This document shows, one piece after another, positions 59,286 through 64,000 of a DNA stretch of 64,000 bases. Source of the stretch: the human T2T-CHM13v2.0 reference genome, Homo sapiens; assembly GCF_009914755.1 (NCBI RefSeq), contig NC_060946.1. One strand, 5' to 3'. Below the pieces are notes generated by a model. The model had not been told where the DNA came from. It made no database searches and was given only the letters and a program-made list of their open reading frames with translations. The translations under genes and the position numbers were made by a program. How positions within the stretch are numbered: position 1 is the first letter of the stretch; each line of letters starts with the position of its first letter.

Positions 59286-59604
59286 TACAACTCCTATAAC
59301 TTTCCAAAACAATTCTCATCTGCCTCCTCTGAGTCCCAAGAAAAGTTTTTTGTCCCACTCTTCATTCAGTGACATCTAATCAAAAGGATTCTTTGAAAAC
59401 TGTATTCACCATGTGCCCAGAGGGACAAAGATGACTTAGAAACAGGCCCTGTCCTTGAGGAACAGGGGAACAAGGTGTGTAAAAGGATTGTTGCAATGCA
59501 ATATGGGAAATGCAGTAATAGATACATGTTACCAGGTGTGTGGGAAAATAAGATGACTTGAAGAGGGGGCATTCAAATTAGATTATTTTCGTGGCTTTAT
59601 CTAA

Positions 59605-60515
<911 letters not shown>

Positions 60516-60632
60516 GTATCAAGTTAGATCTTGAAGAATAAATAGGAGCTTTCTAGCTGCATGTTGCTAGCTAGATGCATGAGCTGGCAAAAGTGGTGGA
60601 GTGTGGGGGACCCATTAGAGACAAGAAAATGT

Positions 60633-61102
<470 letters not shown>

Positions 61103-61516
61103 TTAGCAGTGCTTTATCCTGACAGCAATGGCGGATGGACTTCGAAGTGGGGAAGGGGCCCTGAAGATAAAAATCCATTAGGAAGCTATTGTAATAGCCC
61201 AATGAGAGATGGCCCATCTATTGGGGCACATTTTTCTTTTACATTTGTACCATAGTAATTATGGACTTAGACTTGTTTTACATTGCCCACAAAACACACA
61301 TACACACAGAAGATAATAAGTTGCTCAAAAGCAGGAAAACAAGTATCATTGCTTCACCATAGGGGACATTTATTATTTGTCTTCCCAGAATAGATCCCCT
61401 TTCTTTTATAGAAGGACTAATGTCCTATTGCAACTTTGTGGTATCCCAGGAACTATCACAATACTGAATGATCACATGACCCCATCCCAGCCAATTGGAG
61501 TTCTTCTCTTGGATTT

Positions 61517-61555
61517 TGTGCGCACGCGCGCGCGTGTGTGTGTGTGTATGTGTGT
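61517..61555. repeat. (CG)n(TG)n alternating tract
   Basis: tgtgcgcacgcgcgcgcgtgtgtgtgtgtgtatgtgtgt. Confidence 0.9.
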
Positions 61556-62449
61556 TGCTGATGTGGGAACATGCTCTTTCCTCTCTGGTCAGGAGACTAT
61601 AAAGATGTAAGCCTGGGCTACCTGTGGCCATGATTCCAGGCCCCTAGGGACTGCCAGCCTGAGAGAACAGAGTTAAGAGGGAAGGATTTGAATCCCCGGA
61701 CCCAGCTGTCCAGAGGGCCTGCTTCTCTCTGGCTCTGAGTAGTTTTTGTTTTGTTTTGTTTTTTACATGAGTTACATATTTTCTACTGGTCTCTTTATTT
61801 TTTTAATTTTGCAATTTAGGGCATACACACAGACTGAGAATCTGTGGTATGTCCCTCTGCCTGTCTCTTAAGGTAGTTTTAATTAGGTCCTGTCACTTCT
61901 AGCAAAAGGCCCTGGCCTAATGTATGTACCCAGGATGGCATCCTCCCATCAGACCGAAGACAAAGACGCTGCTCAAAACACATCTGGAAAGAGAAGAGCA
62001 CAGAAAAGTGGCCTGAAGAAAGAGATGTCCAAACCAAGCACAATTTGACAGGCCCCACCTGTTGCTGCCAGGCACCAGGCAGTTTTCCTTAGATCAGGTG
62101 GACCAGAGAACTGCCCCACACTTAGGGAGTGCCCCCTCTTCACATATGCTAGATGCTATCCTCACTTGCCATGGGAAAAGGCATTCTTATTCACAAACCC
62201 CACCATGACTAGGCCTGCCCAGAGGGTCCTCTTTTCTGTCTTTCCAAGTTTCAAAAATGCAAGAGAACTATGAAAGATAGTCAGCAAAGAATACTTTTCC
62301 AGCAAGGTACAGAGGAAGCACTTGAATACATTCAAGGAACTATGATCTCCTGGCTCCCACCACCAACCCACTTCTGGCTGAGCTAGCTCCGGTGTGCACC
62401 TCAACAGAGAAGCCTCCCTGATTACTGTTTTAAAGAACAAGCTGTTCCT

Positions 62450-62680
62450 ACCCACATCCCCTGCTGGTACTCTCGTAGCCAACCTGGCATTATTTTCTCC
62501 ACCTCTGATTATCACTGAATGTAGTATTCATATCTTAATTTTGTGTCCCCCAACCCAACCGGAATGTAAGCTCCTGGGGGCCAAGGACTCTCAATTCTGT
62601 TCACTGTTCTATTCCCAACACTTAAGACAGTACCTGCCACATGCTGTGTTTTCAATAAATATCTGTTTAATAAATGGAAG
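62450..62680 (+). mobile_element. L2 3' end
   Basis: gaatgtaagctcctggggg...tcaataaatatctgtttaataaatg. Confidence 0.65.
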
Positions 62681-63065
62681 TGCAATGATCCAAGACTGGG
62701 AGCAAGTTAATAGCATTTTGTGATTGAGTGAGTAGGCTGAGGAGAGATCTGACTTCAGGTCTCCAGGAGCTTAAAATGAGCAAGAACTTGATATGCTCCA
62801 TCTTCAGGTGGACTAAAAGAAGAAATGGGACCAATAGGACTCATAAGGCTTTTAGGTCCAAGCTAGTGGTAGAGTGTGGGGACAGCTACTGTTTTTGCCT
62901 ACCTAACATGCACTCACCCTTCTGACAGCAACCCTTGATTTTCTTTGTGTCTACCCCAACCTAATTTTGGAGGTAAGCAGATGACCTAATTTAACCAATC
63001 AGCAGCAGCAGCAGACTCCACACCTTTACTCATAGTGATTGCTTTTTGTCTGGACACATGATCTA

Positions 63066-63506
<441 letters not shown>

Positions 63507-64000
63507 TCATCACCTGAATCTGAGAATAAAGCTAACAGAGGAGAGCACCACAGACACGTCAAAGGACCAGCTTGAGTTACCTCCCTGGAAGTGACCATGT
63601 CTGCAGGTACTGGAAATTTCAATCATGTGAGCCAATAAATTCCCCTCTTCTGGGGAAACACATGGAAATGGGTTTCTGTCACAACTGAAATCATCCTGAC
63701 CAATGGATTTAGGGCTCTGAAGAACAAAAAGGAAATACATCATTAGGGCTCTTAAATGCCTCAAAGGGAAGCCTAACGTCAGGCAGGGTGTCCCAGAAAT
63801 GCAATCTAACACCTTTTGGTGAAACTCATTGCCTGTCTTTTTGGTGAGTAGGATGGGAGCTGCGGAGAAAAAGGCCATGCTACTTTTATTAAGTATTTGC
63901 AGTTACATTTTGCAAATGATTTCAGCAACTTTATCTCAGGTGTTTTAACATCTCAGCATCTCACAGTTGTAAGAAACAGAATCAATCTTCTACTCAGTGC

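Overview
Primate (human-like) non-coding genomic DNA, intergenic or intronic, made mostly of interspersed repeats. It contains about 29 Alus, many MaLR/ERV LTRs (THE1/MST/MLT, LTR7, LTR12, LTR10C-like, MER68-like), one complete MLT1A-type LTR-int-LTR element, a ~14 kb nest of minus-strand L1s, MIR/L2 relics and hAT/mariner DNA transposons. No intact protein-coding exon is supported. The only host-gene-derived sequence is a processed COX7B pseudogene (minus strand; frameshift, nonsense codon, poly(A), degraded TSD, later interrupted by an AluY arm). I found no new biological system. The most unusual signals are: two short non-tandem templated duplications (75 and 115 bp, 2-3 kb from their sources); an LTR10C-like LTR with apparent strand-biased G-to-A hypermutation, lying inside an Alu without a TSD; a near-perfect 134-bp tandem duplication in LTR12; an inverted L1 with a large internal deletion; a three-arm Alu; a convergent pair of CTCF motifs; and several repeat-free, homeobox-motif-rich islands that may be enhancers. 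Repeat subfamily names come from remembered consensus sequences, and boundaries of old elements are approximate.
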